Below are positions 37,099-49,290 of a stretch of 64,000 bases of DNA, piece by piece; the stretch's first letter is position 1, and each line of letters opens with the position of its first letter. This stretch comes from the human T2T-CHM13v2.0 reference genome, Homo sapiens: NCBI RefSeq assembly GCF_009914755.1, contig NC_060932.1; one strand, 5' to 3'. The notes beneath the pieces were generated by a model that saw only the letters and a list, made by a program, of their open reading frames with translations, made no database searches and was not told the origin of the DNA. The translations under genes were made by a program, and so were the position numbers.

Positions 37099-38194
37099 TG
37101 ATACTCACCACGTGGGCAAACAGTGATGGCTGATGGACTTTGTGACCGATGCCCCTTTCCTGTGCTCCTCTAGGGGGCCCTTTGCACAGAAGCTTCTCCT
37201 GCAAAGTAACCAAGAAGGTGACCCATTCTGGGCACCCCAAAATGCCCCAGACAGGTGACTTTGTCATTTCTCATGCAAACCAGGACACAATTAATGATTA
37301 ATCCACGCAGTCTTCACAGCCGACCTGCCAGGGATTTGGCCTCATCCCCAGCTTACAGATGGGAATGCCTGGTCATGCAAAGTTGAGATGCCCATGGTAA
37401 GCTCTCAAAGCAGGATCTGAACCCAGGGCAGGAGAGCTTTTACCCCACTGCTCGCCCCATCCACAAAGCAGCAAGTCCTGTAACTGTGATGGTGGTAAGT
37501 GTGGTCAGCACACATTTTGGGGAACTGTGTCCTTACCCAGGTGCTGGGACTTGGGACTCTATCTGGTCTCACCTGCCTCACGAGGTAAGAATGAGAGGTG
37601 AGCCTGGGGCCCAGCAGCTGCTTCAGGGCCTGCACAGGAGGCTTGGGCAGCATCCTCAGGGCCCTGCTGTTTCCTTCCCTTCGGTGCCTGTGGGCCGGGC
37701 AGGCCAGCAGGCAGGTGGTCTCAGTCTCAGCTTCAGGAATCACAGTGAGAAGTCAGTCCCTGGGTAGCCCTTCATGCTCAAGAGGCTTATCTTATTGTTT
37801 GCCTGCTTATTAAGATAAACTTTTGTTTGGGTTTAAGGATTTCAAGGGGCTCTTGCTACATTTCTGATGGTGAGAAGATGCGTGTTTGGGAGGCTCAGGG
37901 GGAGGTTGAGGTGAGGGCCGACCCCACCTGAGTTCCGGTGAGTCTAGCTGATTCCTGCACCCCGTGCGCCCCCCTGCTCCTCAAGCATCCTTGCCCTTGA
38001 GGCTGTCATTTACCCACACGTTTTATGTGCACCTGCTGTAGGTCACCACGCCCCGGGCAGTGATGGACAGGATGAGGACTCCCCAGGCCAGAGAGGAGGA
38101 GACAGGGGCAACAGCCATTCCAGTACAGGGCGATGTCCCCCATGAGAAGGGAACGGTGCAGCTTCCATCCCATGTCTGCACCGGCCAATGAGCG

Positions 38195-38340
38195 ACCTCC
38201 TCGAGCCTCAGCTTCCCAGCTGTAAAATGGGCTGATGATAACGGCCCCAACCTCCAGGCGATTGTGATGAGGAGGTGAGCCAACAGGTGTGGGAGTTGAG
38301 GTGGGGCCCAGCACAGAGGTAAGGTGTGCCAAGGACCTAC
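38195..38340 (+). mobile_element. MIR
   Basis: GAGCCTCAGCTTCCCAGCTGTAAAATGGGCTGATGATAA...GATTGTGATGAGGA. Confidence 0.75.
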
Positions 38341-38851
38341 TGTCATCACCATGAGGGGTAAGAGTGGAAGTTGCAGACACCCCCAGGGAGCAGCTAACTC
38401 CAGGGAATGCAGGAAGGTTCTGGAAGCCTGATCTATACATGTATCCTGAGGGATGGGCAGGAAGGAGGGAGGAAGCTTGAGAAGGCCATGCTGGTGGTGA
38501 TGGGGAGGGAGGGAAGAGGTCAGAGGCTGTCCTTGGGCAGAGGATGTAGTTAAGACAAAGGGGGCATTCACGTAAGATCTGTGTGGTGTGCGTGCCCGTG
38601 GCAGCTGGTCACAGAGGATGAGAAGTGGAGGGCTGAGGGCTCACGGAGCCTCTCGTCAGCCATATGAAGGCTTGCAGTGCAGCTTCCCCGGTGGGCAGCA
38701 GAGGTGGAGACACCTGGTGGGTTTGAAGGGCTGGGGGCAGGGCTGAGGGAGAGGGAGGGGCACGGAGATGCACACAGGTGTGCAGAACCGTCCCCATCAC
38801 CTTGAGACTCTCTTCTCTTGGGCTTCGTGGTTCGACAAACACAGTTGTGAC

Positions 38852-39258
38852 TGTGAGGGGCTGAAAAATGGCCCTCAAAGATGCCCACATCTTCACCCCT
38901 GGAACCTGGGAATATGTTCCCTTATATGGGAAAAGGGGCTCCACATGTGTAATGAGGCTGTGGTTCTTGAGATAGAAGGTGATCCTGGATTATCTGGATG
39001 GGCCCAGCATTATCACAAGGGTCTCATAAGAGACAGGCAGAGCCTGTTTTGACACTGGAGGTGATAATAGAAGCAGAGGTTGGAGGGATGCACTTTGAAG
39101 GTGAAGGAAGGGGCTTTGAACCAAGGAATGCAGGTGGCTTCTAGGAGCTGGGGTGAGGTGGTGGAGCCTCCAAGGGAAACGCAACCTGCAAACACCTTCA
39201 CTTTAGACTTCCACCCTCCAGAATGATAAAAGAATAAATTTGTATTGGCTTAAGCCAC
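38852..39258 (+). mobile_element. MLT1D-like MaLR LTR
   Basis: AAAAATGGCCCTCAAAGATG...CCCCTGGAACCTGGGAATATGTT...ATCCTGGATTATCTGGATGGGCCC...CCAAGGAATGCAGGTGGCTTCTAG...AATAAATTTGT...TAAGCCAC. Confidence 0.85.
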
Positions 39259-39283
39259 AACACAGGATGAATTCATAATTTTC

Positions 39284-39365
39284 TAGATAGATAGGTGGGT
39301 AGGTAAGGAGATTGATAGATAGATATACAGAGATTGATGATAAATAGATGGATGGTATACATATA

Positions 39366-39432
<67 letters not shown>
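39284..39432. repeat. Compound microsatellite: degenerate (GATA)n + (TG)~12 + (AT)~21
   Basis: Read directly. (AT)n spans 39391-39432. Confidence 0.95.
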
Positions 39433-39434
<2 letters not shown>

Positions 39435-39435
39435 C

Positions 39436-39835
39436 TGTGACAGGTTGTACTCTCAGGATGGCCATACCAACATCTCTCCCACACACCCTCAGGCCCTTTT
39501 TGCAGTGAGGCCTTGACATTGCTCTGTTGGGAGCTGGGGTCTGTGTTCCCTCTCCTTGAATCTGGGCGGGGTGACCACTGTGTAACTGATACTATGTGAC
39601 TTCCAAAGCTAAGTCGTAAAAGATGACATGACTTTCACCTGCCACGATGACTCCAGCTCTCAAAGCTGCCTCAGTGGATGCTGAGTGAAGCAGACGTCAG
39701 CTGTCACCACTGAGCCCTGTACAAATTGCAAATTTTTGACACAAATTGCAAATGACACAAACTGCCAAAAAAAAAAAAGTTTTTCTTGTTTTAAGCCACT
39801 AAGTTTTGGAGTGTTTCTTCACATATCAATAGATA
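39436..39835 (+). mobile_element. MLT1F/G-like MaLR LTR
   Basis: TGTGACAGG...GATGGCC...TCCTTGAATCTGGGC...GTGACTTCCAAAGCTAAGTC...CTGAGCCCTG...TGTTTTAAGCCACTAAGTTTTGG...AATAGATA. Confidence 0.8.
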
Positions 39836-39879
39836 TCTTAATTTGTAGCTCTCTCCACTCAGAGGGCCTGAAAAAGATG

Positions 39880-40990
39880 GTGCCCCAAGAGCAGTGAGCG
39901 CACCTGGAGCCCCCACCTTGGTGTCTAAATACCATTCTTCACTCACAAGTGCCAGGGCTCCTTGGAGAAGAGGTTGACCAGGGCTGGGTGAGGACAGCAC
40001 AGGATGTGCCTGGAGCATCTTGAGCCAGAAAGCAAGGTGGTGCTCAGGTCACACTGGGGACATGTAAAGCCCACAGAAGTCAGTTTGCAGGGCTCCCACT
40101 GGCCAAATCTAGGACAGTCTGATGATGCTGGTAGTGCATTATAATCCATTGGGAAAAATAGGCATCCAGGAGTCCAGACAAATATAAATGAAAGAATGAA
40201 TGGAAAGCTTGATGAGGAATATGATATGCACTTGGTTTTAAGGCACCACATCCCGACCCACACACTCACAAAATACTTATTAATAACAAAGCAGGAGAAA
40301 CAACTTCACATGGGAGAAACCTGGCAGCCTCCCCCACCGACAAGTGATAAATGTGATAAAACAGATCAAAACCATACCTCCCCCAACCCCCACCACCTGG
40401 GCAGGAAGCAGTGAGAACACAGCATCACTTCTGGGATGTTCCTGTAAAAGATGCAGGAGCCAGACGCAATCGTGAGGACACGTCAGACGCAACCAAATTG
40501 AGGGACGTTCCACCAAAGAACTGGCCTGTAACCTTCAAAAGTGTCAAGGTCGTGAAAGTTAAGAAAGGCCAAGGTCACCACACTGGGTGACCTTAGCTGT
40601 GTGGCCACCCCTAGGGAGGCTGGGAAAGGCAGTGGAGCTGTATGCCCAGCAAGGAGAGGGTACCTGTTTTCTGTGCTACATAACAGGCTAAGAGGACTCG
40701 AGCCAGGACAGTGCACAGGAACCCAAGATTCTGAGCTGGGACGACTGGTGGAGCTGGGACGGGGCCTGCAGATGGGAGGACCCCACTGCCCTGAGCAGCC
40801 AGCAGCCCCCGACTTCACTGATCGTGGTGTGGGGTGCTGGAGAAGGTCTGAGTTTGTAAGAAACATACTCAAGAGTTTGCGGCGGAAGAGGAAATATTTT
40901 GGCAACTCACTGTTAAACGGTTCGGGAAAAAGTTACCCGTGCTGTACTTGTTACTTTTCTATAAATTAGAAATCGTTTAAAACAACAGCA
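39880..40990 (+). mobile_element. L1MC4-like 3' end, interrupted at ~40568-40685
   Basis: GGGCTCCCACTGGCCAAATCTAGGACA...GGAGAAACCTGGCAG...CACAGCATCACTTCTG...CCAAATTGAGGGAC...AACTGGCCTGTAACCTTCAAAAGTGTCAAGGTC...TGTACTTGTTACTTTTCTATAAATT. Confidence 0.8.
40581..40685 (+). repeat. 105-bp direct copy of 44648-44752
   Basis: 100/105 identical by manual alignment, no gaps. Confidence 0.95.
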
Positions 40991-43900
40991 AACCAGCCTG
41001 TGGGAGGAGGGTTCGGCAAGTTCACAGGCTGTGGGTGGGAGAGCGCCTGGTGTGTTTTAGGCCCCAGAGGAGCCTCCAGCTGGTAAGGCAGAACAGGAGG
41101 CTGAGGCCTGAGGCCAGGGAGGTGAGGGGGGTAGATCTGGGGTCCTAAACATACCTGCCTTGCAGGTGTCATGAGAAAATGCACCCCCAGGCACTTAGAA
41201 CAGCAGCCCTTAGCGTGAGGACCGGCTTGTTCTTGTCTTCCTTCCCCAGGCACGCAACTTCTCCATCAGGCTGCCAGTCTCTGCCTCTCTCTCCACCTCT
41301 GCCTGCCTTGCTCCTCTTGGGGCAAATATCACCTGGATCCTGACATCACCCAGTTTGGGGGGCATCTCTCTGTCCTGGAAATGGGGCTCCTAGAACGTAG
41401 GCTTCCCTGCCCCCTCTGGCAGGCCCGGCCCCTCCCGTAGGATGGGTGACAACGTTGGCACGTGAGTAGTGTCACCCTGCGGGTGTTGGGGTGGAGCATG
41501 TCGGGGTTGGTGAGGGCTTGGAACTTGGAGAAACACAGAGCAGCCATGCTAGGGCTGTGGCTTTGTCCCCACATAGAAGGCAAGGAGGTAACCCATCAGC
41601 CCGGTAGGAAGAGAGATGCCGGGAAGAAAACTGCGTCTGCTCACGTCCTTTCCTTCTGCCCCCATGCTCCCTCCACCTTCCTTCCAGCCTGGACATGGAG
41701 CCTCATTTCCGCAGAGGTGAGCCTTGAGTCACAAGGGTGTCCCCCACAAACTCTAGGAAGCAAGCGCCTTGAGCGCCATGGGCGGTACTGGGGAAGTTGA
41801 GGGGCAGCGGGTCTAAGTTTAGATGCTTCCTTCTTTTAGAGGATGTACAAGGCATGCTATGCGACTCGGTTTCCCCAAGGGCTCCCGTTAGGAGGCACAG
41901 CCTGTGCAGGGTTGGTGAGTGACCTGGGTGTCTGTGCCGGGGCCACTTCCAGCCCAGGCCTGCTGAGCCCCATTCCTTGGGTTTCATCTTTTGTGGGTGA
42001 GATGTGGCCGGCTGGCTCTGGAGGGAGAAATGGTGAGATTCCCTTGGTTTTCATCACCGCAGGGGATCAAGAGGATGACCAAGAGGAGAGAGCTGGGGGA
42101 GCTGGGGATGAGGACCTGCCTCAAGCTGCGGTCACTCACACAGGTGGTTCTGAAGCCTCACGATCTTCCCCGAGCTCTCCTGTCCCAGAGTGACTTGTCC
42201 TTAGTCCCTAGAGGCTGGAATGACAAGGCCACCTGCCTCTGGGTCTCACTCTGGGGCTGGGAGTGTCCCCTCTGCAGGGTTTTGGGGACAGACAGCCTCG
42301 AGTGGGGCAGCGCTCCATTCTTCAGGCCCAAACACTGCTCTCCCCAAGGCTGAGCCTGGCCCTTTTCAGGCACTGGGAGGTTGGTTGCAGGGGCCATGCA
42401 GGCTTGGCTGCATCCCTGGAGTGTGCAGCTGTGTGGGAAAACAAGCAGGGTGAACAGGTCCCTCCCTTTTCAATCAGCTCCCAGTTAGCCACATCTTACC
42501 TGCTGGGGATCTCCGGGAAGGGATTTTTATCTGTCAGTACCTCATCTCCCTCATCTCCTCCTCCTGGGCCTGCGCCTGGGCTGCTGGGCTGGAGTGAGTG
42601 CTGGGTGTGGTAGGATGTGCACTGCTTCCTACTCTCCTGTGGACAGGGCTGAGCTGGATGGAACATGGCCAGGCCTGAGAATCAGAGAGGGAAAAAAGGC
42701 CAGGAGGAAGAGAGAGGAGGAGAGCTGAGAGTGCAGGAGAGATCGGAGAGAGACGTAACAGGGAGAGAGAGGGTGAGAGAGAACTGGGAGGTGGGGAGGG
42801 GGAGTGCTGGGCCTGGAGGGAGAGGCCTGACCCTGCAGGTGCCTCCCTGCAACTGCCCAGTGCTCCTGACTCCAGGACCTGTTCATACTGGAGAGTTGAC
42901 CCAAGACCTTGCTCAGGGCACAAACAGCCCAGACGCTGGCCGCTCAGGGTTTGGGTGATGACAGCAATCCTGGATGTGCCTGGGCAGCCTCCTCTCCTTG
43001 CTGCCCCCTCCTTGCCTCTTCCCCTGATGCTGATCCAGACAGCATCAGGATCAGCAGGTGCAGCAGGCAGCAGCCCAGACACCCACAGGCACTTGACTAG
43101 GACTGAGTCTGCCAATGGCCCCAGACCCCAGGCCACCTGGTGAGTTCCCAGCCTCAAGTCTCAGGACCCCAGGCCCAAGCCGTGTCTCTGTCCCCATGTC
43201 TCTCTGGAGAAGGTTGAGGCATTGATGTCTGGGTGCAGACCAGGACCATCATGAGGCTGCTGTGGGGCCTCAGGCAGCCGTGACCTGGCTGGAGCCTCAG
43301 CGCCCCACCCTTCAGACGAGACCATGGTCCTGGCACCCTGGACAGTCATGGGAGTTGTGAGGCCGTGGGTAGACGCCGGGGTGGGGAAGTCACTGGACAG
43401 CCCACTGGAAGTCACCAGACTTGCCCGCCTTTGGTGGGGACCTTCCACCCCCCATGGCACCTGCCTCTGTCACTTCTGTCTGCTCAACTCCTGCCATGGC
43501 TTCGAGTTCAGAGAGGGGTGGACCGGATTAGGCACAGCTCAGCCTCGTGCCCTCACGCAGCCCCTCTGACCCTCCCGGCCCACAGCGCTTTCTCCCTGCT
43601 CACTCAGAGTGGGGCTCAGCCAGGGCTGCCGGCTGCAGAGGCATCTGGGCCTGGAGTCCCTCAGACTTGGGAGGGTGCCCTGGCGTTGCAGCCCGTGGTG
43701 GAGCCACAGAGGACCTGGACAAGGGGCCACGAGGCTGGGCTAGGGGCCGGGGCCCTGGCACAGACTTGGTCAGTGAGTGGGAGGTATGCTGAGTCTGGGA
43801 CTCTGAGACCACGAGGGGCAGGAGCAGAGGCCGGCACCTTCTGTCTTGGTTGCCTCCTCTCTGCCTATGATGTTGCTGCTCAGTACGGAAGACCAGGATG

Positions 43901-44283
43901 CCTGTCGATCTCAGGGGCACTTTGGGGCCAAGAAAGGGAGTTTCTTCCATTTGTTCCCAGGTCAGTGTGTTACAGGGGGGCAAAGCCCCTGGCACCTGCG
44001 AGGTCATGGCCGGGGGACTCAGTTGAGGGGTCCCGTGCAGGTTGTGGCAGGGCAGCTGCTTTAACACACGTGACGGCGGAAAATGGGCTTTGAACTCAGC
44101 CTCCATCTGGAGTGGAGGTTCTTCCCCAGCTTCCCCTCCACATGGCGATTCAGGGACCCAGCTTCCTCCACAGAGCCTCTCCTGTGGCTCACATTAGGGC
44201 TCTGGGTGTCAGCTTGGCTAGGTGCAGCCCCCTGCTGTTCACCAACCACAGAACTAGAGGCTGCCAAGAAGGTCTTTTACCCA

Positions 44284-44570
44284 TGTGGTGAATATGGGCA
44301 ATAGTTGACCCTAAGTAAAGGGAATGACCCTGACGGTCTGGGCAGGTCTCATCTAATTGGTCTGAGGCCTTAAGAGCTAAACAGATTTCCCCGAGGAAGA
44401 GGAAGTTCCGCCTCTCAGCTCCTGCCTGAGTTGCCTGCCTGCCCACCTTTGGATTTCAGACCTGCAGCCCCACAGTCACAATCACGTAAGCCAATTCCTT
44501 GAAACCCATCTCTTGACATGCACATGTGTGTCCCCCAGTCTGCTCTCTCTGGAGAACCCTGATCGCTGTA
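44284..44570 (+). mobile_element. MLT2-like ERVL LTR
   Basis: CTAAGTAAAG...CTCATCTAATTGGTCTGAGGCCTTAAGAG...GGATTTCAGAC...CACAATCACGTAAGCCAATTCCTT...CTCTCTGGAGAACCCTGA. Confidence 0.8.
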
Positions 44571-44729
44571 GCCTCGTCTCACCCAGCCCCAGGCCACTGA
44601 GCCAAGGCACCAGCTTGGCGGTAGCCACTTTCTCTTCGTCTGCATCCCACTGGGTGACCTTGGCTGTGTGGCCACCCTAAGGGAGGCTGGGAAAGGCAGT
44701 GGAGCTGTATGCCCAGCAAGGAGAGGGTA

Positions 44730-44900
44730 CCTGTTTTCTGTACTACGTAACAAATCACTGGACACTTAGGGGCTTCCAACAGCACCCAGGTGTTATCTCG
44801 CTGCCTCCTTGGGTCAGGAGTCATGGCGGGCTCAGCTGGCTGCAATGAGACCCCCTCTGTGGCCCCAGGTCTGCTTCCAAGCTCATGTGCTCATTGAAGA
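44730..44900 (-). mobile_element. MLT1F/H-like LTR fragment
   Basis: CGTAACAAATCACTGGACACTTAGGGGCTT...TTATCTC...GGGTCAGGAG...GGCTCAGCTGG. Confidence 0.6.
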
Positions 44901-45467
44901 ATCCATTTTCTCAAAGCTGCCTTGCTGGGGTGGGGGTGGGGGCTGGCTTGTTCAGGTTCAGCAGGAGAGGGTCCCTGTGGTTTGAAGTCTCCGAGCTCAG
45001 GGAAGGACAAAGTCCCCCAAGAGGCTTCTCTGATGAGGTCAGGCCTGCTAGGATAATCTCCCTTTGGCTCAGAGCAAAGCCATGCTTGCTAGGGGCCTTG
45101 ATTACACCTGCAAAATCCCTTCCTCTTTGCCATATCACATGACCTAATAGAGGCTTGGCATTGATCCTGTTTGCAGATGTCCGCCACTGGAGGCTGGGGG
45201 ACTACAGAGGCCTGGACATGGGGCGGGGATGAAGGAGACCATTTCAGGGCTCTTTATGCCACAGAAAAGGACATGCATGGTGGCCAGGCGGCCAGGTGCT
45301 GCCCCAGACCCCAAGGACACAGGGGAGCTCAACATGGGTCAGGGCTAGACAGCCTCTATCTCACGGAGCCATTCTCCTGCCTGGGATGAACACCGGGGTT
45401 GTCTGTTTAATGTTTTGAATAAGAAGGCTTGCTCTTCCCTCACTGTTTTGAGACGGGGTGCACTGCT

Positions 45468-45600
45468 CAGAGAGAGAGAGGGAGGAGGGAGGGGAGGGAG
45501 GAGAAAGAGCGAGAGAGGGAGGGGGAGGGGAACGAAGGGAGGAGGAGGGAAGAGGGGAAGGGGAGGGGGAGAGGCGGGATGGGGGAGGAGGAGAGAGGCT
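45468..45600 (+). repeat. GA-rich polypurine tract
   Basis: About 130 bp of almost pure G/A with many GGG runs. Confidence 0.9.
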
Positions 45601-46874
45601 GGGGTGGTCTTGGGGGAAGATGGAGCAGCCTCCCCCTGCTGTCAGCAGAGCTGCAGGCTACAGAGCAGCGTCACCACCCTGTCTCCCTCAGCGCAAACCA
45701 CTCTTTCTCAAGCACTCAGTGGTACCAAAGATTTCAGTGTCTCCAGCCCCCTACTGGGTCCTCTGAACGCCCTGGATGCTGGCTAGCTGAAGCCTGGCTA
45801 ATTGTGGGCACCTGGTCCTGGGGGCTTCCCCTCTTGGACCTGGTCCCGCCAGCCCCTTCCTGCTCTAGGAGCCACCGGAGTTCCTGCCAGGGGTTCTGAA
45901 ATGCCAATGCCAGCCCCATTGGTATGCAAACAGGGCCTGGGGTGAGAAGATGGTGACAGCCATGCCCTCTCCCCTGCCAGTCCACCTGCCCCACAGCTGG
46001 CAGTGGGAGCCTCGGAGGTCTCCCCACCTCTCAGTGGCTTGACAGGCTCCCTGGGAACAGGAGGTGAGTCTCACCAGAGCTCACCTCCTCATCGAAAGCC
46101 CCCTCCTGCCCGCCCAGGCCCAGAGGGGAGGGGGAAGTGAGGAGCAGGCTATGGTCACTGCGGAGCACAGCCTCACCATTGGGTGGGGTCTCCTTTCCAG
46201 GGCGGAGGGAGGAAGGGGTTTTCTCAGCTGCCATTGCTGACACATGTCCAGGGGCAGGTCTGTTGCCTGAGAGGCTGGGCTGGGCTGGGGAGGAGAGTGG
46301 TGCTGGGGAAACAGTGGGCAGCCACCCAGGAAAAGAGGCCAGTGCGGGAGAGGACAGGGCAGTGCTGAGGCCTGTGGCATGGGAAAGACCCACTGTTGGC
46401 ACGGATGGAGCAGCCACAGGGTTGCAATGATGGGGGATCTGCCGGCCCTGCCATGCCCAGCCCCGAGCCCTGTGCTGGTCACCCTGGGGGTACTGGTGGG
46501 AGGGGGCTGTTCTCCTGCATCCCTGCTTCAGTTTAGAAGCCAGAGTCCCAAGAAGAGCCCCACCCTCCAAAAGCAACCTTTCAGCCCCTGCGCTGGCCCC
46601 GGCCCCAGGTCCCTGCCCACACCTCCCAGGTGTGTGTGGCTCCTGCAGCCTCGCCCAGGGCTGTGATCCCCACCCCACCAGGCTGATGGGAGCAATCACA
46701 CAGGCTGGGGGGAAGCAGTCTCAGAGGTGCCTGCAGAAAGTAAATTTCCAAACAGACATCGGCTGTTTCTGGTTTCATCACTGACGGCTGGAGTTTCAGG
46801 CTCTCTCTGAATCAGTCCTATGGCCCAGCTCATCCAGCGGCCATGTGTCTAAAACAAGTTGCAACAGACAAGTG

Positions 46875-47265
46875 GTGTGTGTGTGAGAGAGAGAGAGTGT
46901 GTGGGTGTGTGAGTGTAAGAGTGTGTGTGAGAGTATTAGCGTGTGGGTGTGAGTGTGAGAGTGAGTGAGTGTGAGTGTGTGAGTGCGAGTGTGTGTGAGT
47001 GTGAGTGTGAGTGTGTGAGAGAGTGAGTGAGCGTGAGTGTGTGAGTGAGTGTGTGAGAGTGTGAGAGTGAGTGAGCGTGTGTGTGAGTGTGAGTGTGAGT
47101 GGATGCGTGTGGGTGTGTACGTGTGTGTGAGAGTGAGTGTATGTGGGTGTGTGTGAGTGTGGGAGACTGTGTGTGAGCATGTGTGAGTGTCTCTGTATCT
47201 GAGTGCGTGTGTGTGCGTGTTGGGAGAGAAGTGTGGGGGGATGTTAGTTTGTAGGTGTGTGTGTG
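46875..47265. repeat. Complex (GT/GA) microsatellite
   Basis: GTGT/GTGA/GAGA mosaics. Confidence 0.95.
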
Positions 47266-49229
47266 TTGGGGGAGATGGGGGTTACCTGAGCCCCCTGGAG
47301 TCAAACTTGGGTCTTGAACTAGCTGAGGCTGAGAACTGAGGGAACCTGAGGCCTGTGGATGAGAGGGGATGGCCCAAGGCCATCTGGCGGGATGTCGGGG
47401 TCCCTGGAGCACAGCCTTCCCAAAGCCCAGCGGCGGCTCACACTTAGGGGTGGCTCAGGGCTCAGGCCTTGCCCCCCCTTCCCCAAGCCCCTGCGTCATC
47501 TTTCTAAATACCTCCGTGTCCCTGTCACCCCCTCCCTGCCTCTGAGCCCTTCCCTGGTTTTCCTGGGCACGATAATGAGGCCTCCCATTTTGCAGCCCCC
47601 AAGCTCTGCCCCACAGTCCCTGCTCTACCTCTTGCTCCTGTGATGAGGACCTCTCCCGCTCTGGCACGTGCTCCTCCCAGCCTGAGGCACTCTGCCCAGA
47701 CCTGTCCCCACTGCCCTTCAGGTGTGGCTCATGCATGAGCAGGTTTTCCCAGCATCCCTAAGAAGATCTAGGTGCCCCTTTCCCCACTCCCACACTTTGT
47801 GCTCCTCACACCCTCATCATGCCTGGGATAGGCTGGGATTCCCTTTGCCTCCTCAACAAAGGGCTCCTGACGCCAGGGCAGGCTTTTCTTCCTCCCTCCC
47901 TTGTCTCTTCTTGCCATGATCCTTCTTTCCTCCTTCCCCTCTCCTCCCTCCTTTCCTCCTTTTCTCCCTTCTCGTCCTTCTCGCCCCCATGTTGCCTGCA
48001 CATCCTGGGAATTCCATACATGTTTCTGGAAGGAGGGGGCACCTGCCTGGCATTCTGCAGTGGGAGGCCTCCTGGAGGGCTCACAGGCGGCACCCGCAGT
48101 GCACGTGTTGCCACTGGTCTTCAAGGAGCGGCACTTGTGTCTGCCTCCCCCTGCAGCCTGTTCCACAGCACCCCTGGGTGATGAAGGAAAGAACACTGGT
48201 GCTTCCCACCTGCCAAGTGAGGGATGACAAGGTGGTGCTCAGGCCACCCAGCCCAGGAGTCTTCTATTTATAGCAGGAGCTCGTGTTGGCAATTGCTATT
48301 CATCTCAGGTGAGGCTGGGAAATAAAATTGTGTCGCAGGATTGTTCTTCCCAGGCCTCTTATTAAATCTCACCAGAGAACATGCTCTCTCTGAGCCCAGG
48401 AACTTCTCGGCATCTCCTTGGGGCAGGCTTGCCAGGCGCTGTCACCTGCTCAGCCCCCTCCTGCTGCCCAAAGTGGATCAGCAGTCGCCACCATGGAATT
48501 CCGTATTTGGTCATCTTTCAGGCAGCCGGGGATTGCTGGGTCCCACGCCCTGGGCAGGAGACTCAGTGGTCCCTTGTGGCTTTTTGGGGAGGGGGGGTGG
48601 GCTAGAGCTTGGCAGTGATGAGAAACTGGTCTTTAAGCTGAGCCTGAAACTAGCCTTTAAGGTGAGCCCAACCGAGGCTGCCCGGCCTGTGCACACTCAC
48701 TGCTTTTGTCCTTTCTCATGCCCAAGGGTTCTGCTCTAGCCCCCTTGGAGGCTGAGGCCAAGCTTCCTCGGCCCAGGGTTCCCTTCCTCAGCTCCCTCCC
48801 GCTGTGTACACCCCACAGCCCTTGGCGGAGTCCACAGAGCTCAGGCCACATGCCCTCGCCATCTTTCAGGGCCTTCGAAGGTTTTGCCTCCCCGAATCCA
48901 CGGTGGGCATTCAGCACGTGTCTGGAGCCAGCAGACCTCAGAGGCTGACTCCAAAGGTCTGGAGCCTGGCCAGGGGAGGCTAGCCCAGAACAACATGGAT
49001 ACGACCCTCCCCCAGAGCCCCCACTCCCTCCCCATCAGAGCAGATTTCCGGTCCATGGAGAAGGCAGTGTGAGCTGGCGGGGTTCAGCAAGTGTGCCAGC
49101 AATGGTGCTGTTTCACAGAGGAGCTCTCCTCTCGCAGATGAGCCCGCTCTGCAGCACCATCACCGACCCCTCTCCTCCTGCTCCCTGACCCTCATCTGCT
49201 AGGGAGTCTTTCTCAGGCAGGAGCTGGTA

Positions 49230-49290
49230 ACTCTGCCAATATGTTAATCAGTAATTTCCCTGATCAAAAACTTGCGTCACAACAATACGG
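49230..49290. promoter_or_regulatory. Candidate enhancer core (dense TF motif cluster)
   Basis: TGCCAA, GTTAATCAGTAAT (HNF1-like, 49243), TGCGTCA (49273) and AACAAT (49281) within 60 bp. Confidence 0.35.

Noticed and set aside
37285-37305. ATTAATGATTAATCC HNF1/bicoid-like palindrome
   Set aside because: Lies at the edge of a decayed MIR and may simply be MIR-derived sequence.
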